Assembly (NCBI GenBank): GCA_964016885.1
Contig: OZ024740.1
Span: 105,958,001-106,022,000, forward strand
DNA from: Eledone cirrhosa
Lineage: Eukaryota
DNA length: 64,000 nucleotides
Direction: 5' to 3'
Positions 40,705-55,400 of this stretch are shown here, piece after piece. The position numbers and the translations under genes were made by a program. Under the pieces are notes generated by a model. It saw only the letters and a list, made by a program, of their open reading frames with translations, had not been told where the DNA came from and ran no database searches. Numbering within the stretch: position 1 is the stretch's first letter; each line of letters opens with the position of its first letter.

Positions 40705-41370
40705 ATAAAGTTAGTCCTTCATCAGTGATCTTCCAACCATCATTGGTATTTCATCGCTTTAAAGACCATATACCTCCGGTTGGTGCGAGCAACGGCTAAA
40801 AAAAGTCGTTGGGACACGTAAATAAAGGGGACACGAGAGTGTAAAGAAACAAAGATGGTGAAGCAACGAAAAGTGAGGAAGAAGGAGTCAAGTCCCAAAT
40901 TTCCATGAATATAAGTTCGGTGAAATCGTGAACGAGAGAGAATAAAGACCATCAAACCTGGTTGGAATGTGAGCAAGGAAGGAATTCCGTACAGGTCTAA
41001 CGGGAGGAAGAAGGAATCTAGTCTGTGAATGCGGTGAACATAAGTTCTGTGAAATCGTAGACGAGAGAGAGAAAAAAAGGCGAACCAGCCGGACCAAGCG
41101 TGCGAAAGAAAAGAATTATGCACAGGTCAAACGGGAAGAAGGAGGAGGAGGAGAGGTAGTAACAGAGAGTCAGTGAGTGAAGGGTGAGGAAGAGGCTAAC
41201 AGAGAGAGTGACTGTTAGAGAGGGTAAAGATACAGAGAAAGAGGAAGCAGTAAGAACGAAATAGACGGGTCACAGCGGGGGAAAAATATGTGTAAATATG
41301 AGAATAAACGTGCTGCGTGGTTACAAATGGGTTACATATGAATAAAGTTAGTCCTTCATCAGTGAACTTC
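40705..41370 (-). mobile_element. Diverged member of the 6.6/46.7-kb family: one unit plus ~25-30-nt terminal redundancy
   Basis: Begins and ends with aataaagttagtccttcatcagtga; (TA)n on both sides. Confidence 0.75.
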
Positions 41371-41378
41371 AATACTCT

Positions 41379-41452
<74 letters not shown>

Positions 41453-41789
41453 AGAGTATTGAAGTTTGCTTGAAGCATTGTGGAATAATAAGATTTATTT
41501 TCTTTTGGTCGTTTTGGAAGCCTCAACAATGCAGATGGGTAATTCTCCGGGTAACAGGATCCTGTGGTGAAGAGAGAGATGTAAGGGAATGTAGAATGAG
41601 ATGTATACTGTGTAGAGGAACCTAGGAAAGAGCGTAAAAGATAAAAATAATAACACGAGATAGAGTTACCTTGGGAGAGATTTAATTGTCCCTATATTTC
41701 GGATTCGCATCCATCAACTTGGGGGTTTTCCGGGGGGTATCTGTCGGAGAGGAACGGTACGTGTCCTCTGCTGTTCGTTGTTTTGACTA

Positions 41790-42097
41790 GAAGATATCTA
41801 TAAATCGATAGGCTACATCCCAGAGTAATAAACATACGTTAAAAGGCGTGACAAATTGAAAACTGTGGTTAAGGGCACAAAACCACAGAAACCACCACAA
41901 CAACGAAAATACAATCAGGTTAAATATATATATATATAACTGTTTATTCATTATATATATATTTAACCTAATTGTATTTTCGTTGTTGTGGTGGCTTCTG
42001 TGGCGCTGTGCTCTTAACCACGGTTTTCAATTTGTCACGCCTTTTAACGTATGTTTATTACTCTGGGATGTAACCTATCAATTTATAGATATCTTCT
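41790..42097. repeat. Inverted repeat, ~148-bp arms meeting at a central TA-rich spacer; homologous single copy at ~12965-13177
   Basis: agaagatatctataaatcgatagg...caggttaaatatat / atatatttaacc...cctatcaatttatagatatcttct. Confidence 0.85.
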
Positions 42098-42455
42098 TAT
42101 TGAGTGCTTCGTGCAAAGCTTCTGAATATTGTCTTTTCGGGGATGCTGACCGAACGCCGCAACTTCAATTTTACTCACTTCCAATCTTATATATATATAT
42201 GTGTATGTGTGTGTGAGAAGTGGAGATGATAAGACTAGGATAGGAGAGAGAGATGATGATGAGAAAGAGAGAGAGAAAGACTAAATGAAAGAAAGGAAGG
42301 GATAGGGTGAGCGAGAAAGAGAGATAGTGGATGAGGCAGAAAAGACTAGAGTGGGAGAATGAGAAAAAGATATCAACTAAGAAAAAGGGGGAATAGTGAG
42401 TGATGAAGAGAGACACGCTAAGAAAAAGGGAGACAGAGACGGGCAACAGAGAGAT

Positions 42456-42523
<68 letters not shown>

Positions 42524-43018
42524 GAGAGAGAGACAGAATGATAGTGAGAAAGGGAGTGATATAGATATACAGAAACAGAGACAGAGAAATAACGATTGAT
42601 AAAAGTAGAGAAAGCGATTTATTTGAAATTTGAAGTAGATTTGTTATTCCTGTAACTGTTTATTCAGACTGTACGTCTGTATACATGTATGTATGTAGTA
42701 TACATACTTATATTTAAGTAACAGCCGTACTAAGAGTGAGAAATGAAATTTCGTTTCATTTTTTTCCGTTTGTTTATTCATTATTCAATTTACATCTACT
42801 GATATCTGTTCATATGGCTGAATCAAATTGAATAAGACATTTATTCATAAAAACGGTTCGTCGCAAAGTCATTATTTAGTAAGCGTCTATAGTAACTTAC
42901 AATTTCAACAAAAAAATACAGATTCTATTTTATTCGTGAAATATTTTTATATGTGTGCAAAGTATATATTGTTGCTTTCATGGAATACATAGTTTTCCAT
43001 ATATATATATATATATAT

Positions 43019-44018
43019 ATACATTAACAGAGAAAGCTATTAGCGATACTCCGACAAACTTCAATCTCACTCAACAAACATTAGGAAATACCTAAGTATA
43101 TTCCCAATTATACGTTTGGGGTGCTAACTATATTGTATTCTGTGGATAGTCGGCTGTATTATGTTATATGAGACATAATTAAATAAATCTCACTTTCCAT
43201 ACGATCGTTTCATTATAAGATTTCTACAAAGTGGGAGAAAAATGTCCAAGTTATGTAGAAGCTTGCATATGATCAACAGATTTACGTGCAAGTGGTCTCT
43301 TCAGTGGAATGCCCAAGCAATATCAATATAAAAAAACTACATCGATATTAATATTCAGCGATATTCACCGTCAGTGCTAGAAGAACCGCTAAGTTTGAAA
43401 ATCCAGCAGTCCTTAAAAAAAAACTAACTCTGTCCCCAAATGGGAAGGGGAGGTTATCGTAAAATATAAAATAATATACACGCAGGTCATTGAACCCTGT
43501 TAGGAATCCAAACCACGTGTTAAGAACTCAACTGGATAATAAAAAAATAAATATATGTACGTATTATTTAAGTATACATATAAATATTTTCTCAGGCAAA
43601 ATAAGAGACATGAGATACAGGAAGAAACAATCAATATTTCATATAAAAATAAATAAAGATAGTCATACCTAAATATCTGGAAACTTCATGTCCGGCCATC
43701 CAAGAGTATAATACTTAATACATTAACAGAGAAAGCTATTAGTGATACTCCGACAAACTTCCATCTCACTCAACAAACATTAGGAAATACCTAAGTATAT
43801 TCCCAATTATACGTTTGGGGTGCTAACTATATTGTATTCTGTGGATAATCGGCTGTATTATTTTATATGAGATATAATTAAATAAATCTCACTTTCCATA
43901 CGATCGTTTCATTATAAGATTTCTGCAAAGTGGGAGAAAAATATCCAAGTTATGTAGAAGCTTGCATATGATCAACAGATTTACGTGCAAGTGGGCCCTT
44001 ATAACTCTTCAGTGGAAT
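43019..44018 (-). mobile_element. Two ~295-bp direct repeats 699 bp apart, each ending in a hammerhead
   Basis: atacattaacagagaaagctattag... at 43019 and 43718; left end at (TA)n. Confidence 0.85.
43894..44017 (-). ncRNA. Hammerhead with large branched stem II (apparently intact copy)
   Basis: ttcca CTGAAGA gttataag [~80 nt, two hairpins] cttataat GAA ACGATCGT A|tggaa. The twin at 43195-43309 has lost most of the 5' strand of stem II. Confidence 0.75.
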
Positions 44019-44476
44019 ATAAAATCAAGGAAAAGCAAATAAAGAAAAAATTTTTAAATAAATTTCAAAAGATTCACTGTACTTACTATATGTGCTTTTA
44101 CCGCGGTTTCAGATCCCAAAACTAATAGATAATCCAAGCGGGTCTCCATTGAGAAAGAGATCCTCGTCAGAAGGCTTTTCTCTCTCGGAGAATATAAGAT
44201 TCCCGAGTTCAAAATACAAACTGGCGCCATACAAAACTGCCCCAACAAATGAATGATGAAACAATTTTGTCTAGTACCGTGTGCAAAGACTGAAAGCAAG
44301 GTGGACAGGTCAATCTCTCGCTACTAAAAATAGCAGCCCGTTCAAATGACCAAAGGTTTCTCTACCGTTGGAGAGAATAATAATAAAAGTATGTGTTCCT
44401 GCATGTAAATAATACACATAGGGATACAAGTATAGTCCGAACGTATGCAAGTGTGGTCCAATGGCAAGTTAATAAA

Positions 44477-44576
<100 letters not shown>

Positions 44577-45349
44577 GGTTTGAGGTTCACCACTGGATAG
44601 AGCTGGTCAATTCCGTATGGTCAATCTCAATGTAATAATATGGAGAGTACTCAACGTAAAGCAGTTCAACCGTCTTTGTTTTTGTAGTTGGTGGTGCTAG
44701 TACGGAGGTAAATATTATAATGAAATGTGCTTGGAAAAATAAATTTCCCCTTCTTTCGGTAAATGAAACTACTCGGAGTGGCTTCATTCGCCCCAGGGGC
44801 CCGGCGCGCAGCCGGTTTTTTGACCGCCATATAGTACCTTTAAATTACAGATCAAATCAGAATTATTAGGTGTATCACGCCTCCCTCTACTTAAGCAAAT
44901 CCCCCTCCTGGGTAAAGGAATAGTACTGGTTTTGTACAAGAATGGTCTAACGATGCGGGCTGACTTCCTGCTGGCGCACCTGAAGCCTGTTATACATTCC
45001 TAGAGTGCTCGGAAAATCGATTTCCATATCTTTCGCTAGGCGATATCACTCGGAGTGATGGGCTGCCCAAGCTTGTAGTCGCCGCATGCTGTTTTACGGC
45101 TAAACAAAGACATAATCTTTACTCTATAATAAAATTTAAGTATCTTCATAAAAGACTCTTTCTTTGCTTAAACCTCGCAACCTTAAAAATGTTAAACTGT
45201 TTAACTTTCAATTTTCTAATTTCTTTAATTTTATAATGTTAATATTAAATATTAATTTTTTAACTTCATCCTATAAGTCTAAACAAAAATTTAACGTTCC
45301 AATCTTCTGCTCACACATTATAACATACTGACCCCACTATATTTACCTC

Positions 45350-45858
45350 TGCTAAGATACGGATCCTTTGAAAATATTTTTTTCGCGCCATTCCTGGCCT
45401 GACTGTAGTCTGACATTAATATCGACCTTTCTTCCTCTTTCTTTCTATCTTTCTTCTTGTAGCCATCAACCCTGACTTTTCTTCTTTTTCCTTTTCTTCC
45501 TTCTCTTCTCCCTTCTTTCTGTCTTTCTCCTTGTGGCATCATATTAACGCTGACTTATCTTCCTTGCCCTTTTTGTTTGCCTATATTTGACCGGTAGTAG
45601 TTGTTAAGATACGGGTCCCTTAGAATAAAAAATTTTTTCGCGACATTCCTGGCCTGACTGTAATACCGACCTTTCCTCCTCTTTCTTTCTGTCTTTCTTC
45701 TTATAGCTGACATTAACCCTGGATTCTCTTCTTCTTCCTTTTCTTCCTTCCCCCTTCTTCTCTCTTCTTTCTTTTTTTCTTTTTTCTTGTGGCATGATAT
45801 TAACGCTGACTTATGTTCCTACTCCTTTCTGTTTTCCTTTATTTGACCGGTAGTAGCA
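45350..45858. repeat. Two diverged tandem ~255-bp units
   Basis: taagatacgg.tccc.t.gaa...cattcctggcctgactgta ... tatttgaccggtagtag occurs twice. Confidence 0.8.
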
Positions 45859-46149
45859 CACTGTAAGCTTTAGCCACGTCACTTGAGGGCGAACGGCAAA
45901 TGTGGAAGATGCTGGATGGCGGTGTCCTCGGGTCTTTGATTTTCAGCCCCATGGATTTTATCTATTACATTCACTTATTATATTTCGAATACCTGATGAT
46001 ATCACCGGATTCATACGGAACCCGGTCATTCAAATGATCATAGTATAATAAACTTTCAAGGATTTACACAAGTCCAGCCTCCTGTCATTTCATTATAATT
46101 ATATATATATATATATATACACATATATATATACATATATATATATATT

Positions 46150-46570
46150 GTCATTCCCTCTCACAATAACCCCCCTCTCATTAAACCATAATACCTCTTT
46201 CCTCCTCTTTATATTCCACTACATGCCTCACTCTCTTTCACTCTCACAATTCCCGCTCTCTCAGTAAACCATCAAAACTCTCTTCCCCACAGTATATTAG
46301 TCACTCTCACAATTTCCACTCTCTCACTGCACTAACAAATTTCTTCCGCCTCTCTATATCCCACTACATACATCACTCTCTTGTTATTCCCCCTCACTCA
46401 CTAACCAAACAAATTCTCTCCTCCCTCTATATCCAACTATAAACCTCACACTCTATCACTCTCACAAAACCAGCAAACTCTCTTCTGCTCTCTATATCCT
46501 TCGATCGCTTTATTCCCCCTCTCTCACTAAACCACTAAACTTTCTCCCATTCTCTCTATCCCACTTTCCT
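46150..46570. repeat. Degenerate CT/CA-rich minisatellite
   Basis: Recurrent ctctcacaat / ctctcact..acc / tctatatcc.acta motifs. Confidence 0.65.
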
Positions 46571-46666
46571 TATTGATTAAGCTCAGTTACGAACGTCTCG
46601 CAGATGAGAGCTAAAGATCTTTGTTTGTGTTGCAGACCCTTCCTCAATAAACCACAAATCTGCAGA

Positions 46667-46744
<78 letters not shown>

Positions 46745-46749
<5 letters not shown>

Positions 46750-47649
46750 AATAATGGAGCTGCGGCGTTGCAAATGGGTTACATATGAAAAAGTGAGTCC
46801 TTCATCAGTGACCCTCCAACCGCCCTAGGCATTTCATCGCTTTAAGGGCCATATACCTCAGGTTGGTGCGAACAACGGCTAAAAAAAGTCGTTGGGACAC
46901 GTAAATAAAGAGAACGTTAGGGTGAACAAACAAAATGGTTTAAGCAACAGAAAGTGAGAAGAAAGAGACAAGTCCCAGATTTCTATGAATATAAACTCGA
47001 TAAAATCGTGAACGAGAGAATAAAGACCATCAAACCTGGTTGAAATGTGAGCAAGGAAGGAATTTCGCACAGGTCTAACGGGGGGAAGAAGAAGGGGTCT
47101 GGTCTGCGAATTCGGTAAACATAAGTTCTGTGAAGTCGCAGACGAGAGAGAGAGAGAAAAAAAAGTCATACCGGCTTGGCCAAGAGTGCGCGAGAAAAGA
47201 AATCGGACAGGTCAAGCGGGAAGAAGGAGGAGAGGAGGAGAGGTAGTGACAGGGTATGAGTGAGTGAAAGTTGAGGAAGAGGCTAACAGAGAGAGAAACT
47301 GCTAGAAAGGGTAAAGATACAAAGAACGAAACAGACGGGTGGCAGCAGAGGAAAAAATATATGTGTAAATATGATAATAATGGAGCTGCGGCGTTGCAAA
47401 TGGGTTACATATGAAAAAGTGAGTCCTTCATCAGTGACCCTCCAACCGTCCTAGGCATTTCATCGCTTTAAGGGCCATATACCTCAGGTTCGTGCGAACA
47501 ACGGCTAAAAAAAGTCGTTGGGACACGTAAATAAAGAGAACGTTAGGGTGAACAAACAAAATGGTTTAAGCAACAGAAAGTGAGAAGAAAGAGACAAGTC
47601 CCAGATTTCTATGAATATAAACTCGATAAAATCGTGAACGAGAGAATAA
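46745..47649 (-). mobile_element. Partial tandem (~1.4 units of 626 bp) of the 6.6-kb family
   Basis: Unit starts atgataataatggagctgcgg at 46745 and 47371; no (GAA)n expansion. Confidence 0.85.
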
Positions 47650-47654
47650 CCAAA

Positions 47655-47885
47655 GATTAATATAGTTCATTGATTACTCAATGAATATAGTTTTACAATA
47701 GATTAAAAGCACTCTACAAACAAGTTTTCTGGAGTTATTAATATTATTCAAAATATTAATAAATTAAGACGTTCACATAATCAAAACATATGTTTTATTA
47801 TATATATCTCGGAGGCACTGTGCTGTTTTTTCAGTACGTCTTCATCAGAGAAGATACATGAATTCATGTATGATATACCTCAACT
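47655..47885 (-). mobile_element. Single arm of the 30-kb PLE-like family with a degenerate HHR (GAGA for GAAA)
   Basis: Minus strand: CTGATGA agacgtactg...cagtgcctcc GAGATATATATA ataaaa. Confidence 0.6.
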
Positions 47886-49039
47886 GTCTTGATGGTTCCA
47901 TTCCAGTCTTGGCAGTGATTTATTACAACAAATCTCAATATTTATATACCACAAATAATAACATGATAAACTTAATTATGATGAAGAGGAGGATGTGGAG
48001 CGAGATATAAGTATAAGGAGGGAGTGAGTATGAGAAAATGCAAGAAGAAATAAATAAACACATACATACATAAATATTTAAATGCGTAAATATCCGTGTT
48101 AATGAAGAAAAAGAAAGAGAGAGAGATAGATAGAAGAGAACAACGAAGAAGAGAGAAGAAAGAAGAGAAGAGAAAAGGAGATAGAGAGATAGAAGAGAGA
48201 AGAGGAAAGACGTAACTGCAAAAAGGAAAGAAAGAAAGAAAGAAAGAAGGAAGAAAGAATCATGATGAGTGACCCTTGTTTTCAAATATTAAGTCAAATA
48301 GAAGCGACCAATTAAATACCATGACATTTTTTAAATATCTTTTGTATTTGGTTATGTTTAAGCTAATTATACTAATATATTATATCAAAATTAAACAATA
48401 TAAAAATATTTTCTATAATAATCATAAGCATAGTTTAATTAATATATATATTTTAAATATTTTGTTACAAAATTCAAAAACATTTTTATCTATAAAGCAA
48501 GTTTACATACCTATTAAATATGTATAAGGATATTTACCACAATTTAAGCGCATTTCACGATCAGCATATGCGCTTTATATAATGTTTAGAATTATTATCT
48601 GAATTATTCTTTTTTTTCATTATAAAAACAGTTCAATCCATAATTGTCATTTACTTACAGGATTAATAAGTAGTTACACTTACTCTTAAAAGTATTATTA
48701 TTTCGATTTTACTTCTGTAACTACATCTTAATATATGTAGTTTGCTTTTAATGATTTTTCGTATATTATTAAACTATATAAATCATGTTAAATATACATT
48801 ATTAATCCATTTGGATAGAAAGAAAATTATTTACGAAGAATGTAAACAAAGGAAGATAATCTGTACAACTTATGTGATCATTTATATTATCTACGTGCTT
48901 TGAAAGCCAAAAGATATTTCAAAGCACAAATTCAGAAATTTCTAGTTATACCATTCTAAATCCGAACTTAGGATACTGAGTCACATCATGAGATTAATTT
49001 ACTATATAAAAACGATATACAATTTTTAAGGCAAAACAT

Positions 49040-49121
<82 letters not shown>

Positions 49122-49124
<3 letters not shown>

Positions 49125-51445
49125 GATTGAGACAGTACAGAGGGAGATCGGTGAGCAGGCACAACAACAAACTGATTTGAGTATCACAGTTGAAACTATT
49201 AAGGGGCAAGCCAAAAAACTAACCAACTGGAAATCACCAGGCCCAGATGGTGTGCAGGGGTATTGGATTAAACATTTAACATCCCTCCACCCGAAGCTGA
49301 CGGCCATGTTCAATGACTGCTTGGTGTCGGGTGAGGTGCCAGAGTGGTTGACAAAAGGTACCACAGTTCTGATAATGAAAGACCGAATCAAGGGTAATGA
49401 TGTTACCAACTATAGACCTATCACATGTCTGTCCGTAATGTAGAAACTGTTGACGAGCATTGTGTCTGAGGAAATCTACCATCACCTCCACACAAACAAC
49501 TTGTTACCGGACGAACAGAAAGGATGCCGAAAGAAGTCACGTGGTACAAAGGACCAGTTGCTTATTGATAAGATGGTAATGGGGAATTGCAGGAGGAGAC
49601 ACACTGATCTTGCCATGGGATGGATAGACTACAGAAAGGCATTTGACATGGTGCCTCATTCCTGGATCACCAAAAGCCTGGAGATCTTCAGGGTGGCAGA
49701 TAACATCAGACAGTTGCTAGGCAGGAGTATGGGGTCCTGGGAGACAGAGTTGACATCAACTGGAGTATCCTTGGGAAGCGTGAAGATCAAGAGAGGTATC
49801 TTCCAGGGAGATAGCCTGTCCCCTCTGTTGTTTGTCCTTGCCCTGATGCCCTTGACCATTATGCTGCGAAAAGTGAGAGCAGGATACAAGTTGGGAAGGG
49901 GAGAGCTTACCATCAATTACCTCCTCTTCATGGACGATCTTAAGCTCTTCGGGAAAAGTGAGAAGGAGTTGGATGTGCTTGTTGACACTGTCCGTATTTT
50001 CAGCAGTGATATATGTATGCAGTTTGGTATTGGTAAATGTGGAGTCATTGTGATGAAGAGGGGTAGGTTGAGCAGAAGTAACGGGATCCAGATACCAACA
50101 GGTGAGATGATAAGGGAAATTGACTCTGAGGAAGGATACAAGTATTTGGGTGTTCTGGAGGCTGATGTCATAAAGAACAAAAAAAATGAAGGAATTGTTA
50201 AGAACTGAATACATTCGGAGAGTAAGGAGCGTATTGAAGTCACATCTGAACAGCAGAAATGCCATAAGCGCAGTAAATTCCCGAGCTGTGTCTATTATTA
50301 GGTACAGTGCGGGAATTCTGAGATGGAATGTTGCTGAACAAAAAGAAATGGATAGGAAGACTAGGAAGCTATTGACTATCTACAACATGTTCCACAAGAG
50401 GAGTGATGTTGATAGACTCTACCTAAGGAGATCTGAGGGTGGAAGAGGTCTTATCAGCATAGAGGACTGTGTTCAGATGGAGAAAAACAACCTATACAAA
50501 TACGTGACCTATAGTAAGGAGCCAATGCCCAGAACTGTACTGAAGGAGGGGACAGTAGGCCAGGGGATGTCCAAGGAGGAAATAACATCAAGGAGGAAGA
50601 GCAGCCTTAAGGGAAAATCCCTTCATAGTACCTTCTTTGAGAAAACTGAATTTAGAGATCCACAGACATGGAACTGGTTGAGAAGAGGAGACCTCAAAAA
50701 GGCTACAGAAGGAATGCTAATGGCTGCGCAGGAGCAGGCCCTCAAAACGAAGTGGTTGAAGCACCATATCTACAAGGAGGAGGCTAGCCCACTGTGCAGG
50801 ATCTGTGGAGAGAGAGAGGAGACTGTGGCTCACATTGTGTCCGAGTGTAAACACCTAGCCCAGACCCACTATAAGGGCTGGAGACACGATGTGATGGGCA
50901 GGGTGATCCACTGGCACCTGTGCAAAGTAAACAATTTACCACATTCTGAGAAATGGTATGAGCATAGGCCAGAGGCGGTGATGGAGAACAATCAGGTGAA
51001 GATGCTGTGGGATTTTAGGATACAGACGGACAAAAAACTGGAACACAATAGACCTGACCTGCTGGTTGTGGACAAAGAAAAAAGATCGAGCCTGATTGTG
51101 GATGTGGCCTGCCCGTTCGACACGAGAGTGCAAGAGAAGGAGAGGGAGAAAATTAACCGATACCAGGACCTAAAGTGGGAGGTGAAAAGGATTTGGAACT
51201 GCCATGAAGTCAAAGTGATCCCGATTGTCATAGGCGCACTGGGGACTATCTCCAAAAGTTTCCAGGGATGGTTAAAGAAAATCGGCCCCTTCACGCTTTT
51301 TGGAACGCTTCAAAAGGCATGCTTGCTTGGAACAGCAAGAACCCTCCGATACGTCCGAGAATATCTGAGGCTGCAGGTAGTGGCTTGATATTCAATCCAA
51401 CGGACTTTCCAGTTAACCAACATCAATGACTGAGATTCAAGGAAT
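49122..51445 (+). mobile_element. 5'-truncated R4/Dong-type non-LTR retrotransposon (family A) within (TAA)n
   Basis: RT motifs [36 protein letters not shown]; CCHC CRIC..ETVAHIVSEC; RHD; RLE RPDL..D..VACP..EK. Stop at 49441 and frameshift at ~50185. (TAA)n on both sides. Confidence 0.92.
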
Positions 51446-51454
51446 AACAATAAC

Positions 51455-51500
<46 letters not shown>

Positions 51501-52424
51501 TAGGGAAGAAGACGCACGAGGTGACGGAGGTCATGAAATCGCTCCCGTAAGTTTTGAATTTTTAACATATTTAAATCATTTGTGAAATAACAACTCTTAG
51601 TACAAATGCTACGTAAAGCACCCGGCTTGAGCCCCAAACAATTCGGACCCAAAATATATTGTTATAAGGCTCAAATATTCAAATATTCAACTTTGTATTG
51701 TACACTGTATATCCAAAAAAGAAAATGGCTATAAATGGAAGAAGAACCCCCCCCCCTCCTCCTCTGTCTACACTATATAGAACAGCCAAACTCACCAACA
51801 CCAGAAACTAGATACACCACCCACACCATCACCTGTGTACACTAAACCACCACCGCTCACTACGGCCATCATTACAACCATTATCCCATCACCGCCGCCA
51901 CCACCCTTCACTCCTTCACTGCTACCACCGCTACAGCACCATCACTACAGTAATACGGTCACATCACCGCCACCACTGCCTCGGTATCGACATCACCACC
52001 ACCACTGTCTCAGTATCGCTACCGCCGCCAGTCTCCCACTTCTTCCGGCTGGCTGCTGCGACCACATTACAGAATCCCTACTGCCAAAAAAGAGGAAGGC
52101 ATCAAAATATATAGATAGACTCAAAAGAAAAAAGAAAAAACAAACAACAAAACCAAAGCAGCACAGCAACAACAGCAAAAAATGAGAAAAACAAACAGAG
52201 AAAAACAAAAACAAAAAAAAACAAAAAAACCCAAAAAACGTAAAGAAAATAAGAATGAAGAGAGAAGCAGGCGGACGGACAGAGAAGAGGGGGGAAAAAC
52301 TAAAACTTAAAAAACAAAAACTAAGTCAGACATTCGAACACTACATTACAATGAAACTTATGCTTATTCATTTTTGGGGCCCTTTCCGCCTGTGTGTTTG
52401 TTTGTTTATGTGTGTTCGTATACA

Positions 52425-55400
52425 GCGTGGTGATAATGCCACACAAGGGCCAAGTGGAATGGCGGATCCACAGATGGATATGTAACCATACATTCGCCAA
52501 TCCTCGATAAGAGTGTTTAAATATCGAACATAAGCAGTTCGAATAACGGTGAAATGGAGACTAGAACGTCATGTGACAGACTCCCACCCAACAGGTGCCC
52601 CCTGGCTCAGCAGCAGGAACCTGACTGTCAACCAAATACTGCTGATGTTGCAGGAAGGAGAAGGAAAGGGGCCAGAACCAACTGGACGAAAGAATTGAAT
52701 AGAACTGTTATGCAATGTTACTTGAAAAGTAACCCCAAGGAGAGGGGCTACAGGAGACGGATGCATAACATCTGGAACGAGATTGGTTTATTTAAATTAG
52801 ATGAACAAAAATTGGCCGGGCAGGCTCGGGTAATAAGAACTAATGGATGGATAAGCGAGCTGGAACTGGAGGAACTGAGCAGAGAGAATGGCTTGGAGAT
52901 GGCGGGTGTAGTATGCCAGACAAGCGAGCCAGTGGGAAATGAAGGAGAAGAGGTCCTGAGAACGGAGGAACCACCCGAAGCAGACAATGATCTGAATACT
53001 GAGATAAATAATACCTGGAACAGAGATACGGCCACTGAGGAGATGAATGCTGACGGGATAGGACAAGATTCGGTTGACATCCTAAATTTAGTGGTAGATG
53101 AATTGAACAATGATAGTGGGAGGCCTATGAACCTAAGATTTGTAGACAGGAAAAAGTTAAAAGAAACAACAGCTAAGGTAAACAAAGTCATCCCATACCT
53201 TGAGGCGAGGAGCCTTCACCAGTGCAACAATATCCTCAAAGCAACAGCAAATACGGTGAGGAAACTACTTGGTATAAAAGCGAGAGGAAACAACAGACAA
53301 GAAAGAGCAGAGCCGTGGTGGAAGAAGCGACTAAGTGGGCAAATCGGGGAAATGAGAAATGACATAGGAAAGCTTGAGTCACTACTGAATGGGACACTAA
53401 AAAACATAGGCACTAAAAATAAACTGTAAATAAAATACAAAACTAGAAGGAAAAAGCTAAATATTATCATAGAGGAACTGAAGCAACGCATTGTAGCAAA
53501 GAGTGCAAAAATCAGGCGATACGAGAACAGAGTCAGTCAGTATAAACAGAACCGCATGTTCGACAACAACCAGAAGATGCTGTTTGGACAGCTTGAGGGG
53601 AAAGAAAGAGGCAACGACTTGATCCCTGGGGCGGAGCAAACTAAAACATTCTGGAGAGGAATATGGGAGCAGGATGTTAGACATAATGTCCAGGCAGGGT
53701 GGATTGAGACAGTAAAGAGGGAGATCGGTGTGCAGGCACACCAACAAACTGATTTGAGTATCACAGTTGAAACTCTTAAGGGGCAGGCCAAAAAACTAAC
53801 CAACTGGAAATCACCAGGCCCAGATGGTGTGCAGGGGTATTGGATTAAACATTTAACATCCCTCCACCCGAAGCTGACGGCCATGTTCAATGACTGCTTG
53901 GTGTCGGGTGAGGTGCCAGAGTGGTTGACAAAAGGTACCACAGTTCTGATAATGAAAGACCGAATCAAGGGTAATGATGTTACCAACTATAGACCTATCA
54001 CATGTCTGTCCGTAATGTGGAAACTGTTGACGAGCATTGTGTCTGAGGAAATCTACCATCACCTCCACACAAACACCTTGTTACCGGACGAACAGAAAGG
54101 ATGCCGAAAGAAGTCACGTGGTACAAAGGACCAGTTGCTTATTGATAAGATGTTAATGGGGAATTGCAGGAGGAGACACACTGATCTTGCCATGGGATGG
54201 ATAGACTACAGAAAGGCATTTGACATGGTGCCTCATTCCTGGATCACCAAAAGCCTGGAGATCTTCAGGGTGGCAGATAACATCAGACAGTAGCTGGGCA
54301 GGAGTATGGGGTCCTGGGAGACAGAGTTGACATCAACTGGAGTATCCTTGAGAAGCGTGAAGATCAAGAGAGGTATCTTCCAGGGAGATAGCCTGTCCCC
54401 TCTGTTGTTTGTCCTTGCCCTGATGCCCTTGACCATTATGCTGCGAAAAGTGAGAGCAGGATACAAGTTGGGAAGGGGAGAGCTTACCATCAATCACCTC
54501 CTCTTCATGGACGATCTTAAGCTCTTCGGGAAAAGTGAGAAGGAGTTGGATGTGCTTGTTGACACTGTCCGTATTTTCAGCAGTGATATATGTATGCAGT
54601 TTGGTATTGGTAAATGTGGAGTCATTGTGATGAAGAGGGGTAGGTTGAGCAGAAGTAACGGGATCCAGATACCAACAGGTGAGATGATAAGGGAAATTGA
54701 CTCTGAGGAAGGATACAAGTATTTGGGTGTTCTGGAGGCTGATGGCATAAAGAACAAAAAAATGAAGGAATTGTTAAGAACTGAATACATTCGGAGAGTA
54801 AGGAGCGTATTGAAGTCACATCTGAAAAGAAGAAATGCCATAAGCGCAGTAAATTCCCGAGCTGTGTGTCTATTATTAGGTACAGTGCGGGAATTCTGAG
54901 ATGGAATGTTGCTGAACAAAAAGAAATGGATAGGAAGACTAGGAAGCTATTGACTATCTACAACATGTTCCACAAGAGGAGTGATGTCGATAGACTCTAC
55001 CTAAGGAGATCTGAGGGTGGAAGAGGTCTTATCAGCATAGAGGACTGTGTTCAGATGGAGAAAAACAACCTATACAAATACGTGACTTATAGTAAGGAGC
55101 CAATGCTCAGAACTGTACTGAAGGAGGGGACAGTAGGCCAGGGGATGTCCAAGGAGGAAATAACATCAAGGAGGAAGAGCAGCCTTAAGGGAAAATCCCT
55201 TCATAGTACCTTCTTTGAGAAAACTGAATTTAGAGATCCACAGACATGGAACTGGTTGAGAAGAGGAGACCTCAAAAAGGCTACAGAAGGAATGCTAATG
55301 GCTGCGCAGGAGCAGGCCCTCAAAACGAAGTGGTTGAAGCACCATATCTACAAGGAGGAGGCTAGCCCACTGTGCAGGATCTGTGGAGAGAGAGAGGAGA

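Noticed and set aside
52425-52553. HDV-like ribozyme in the Dong-A 5' UTR (TCCTCG seen)
   Set aside because: I could not build P1/P3 pairing around the motif.
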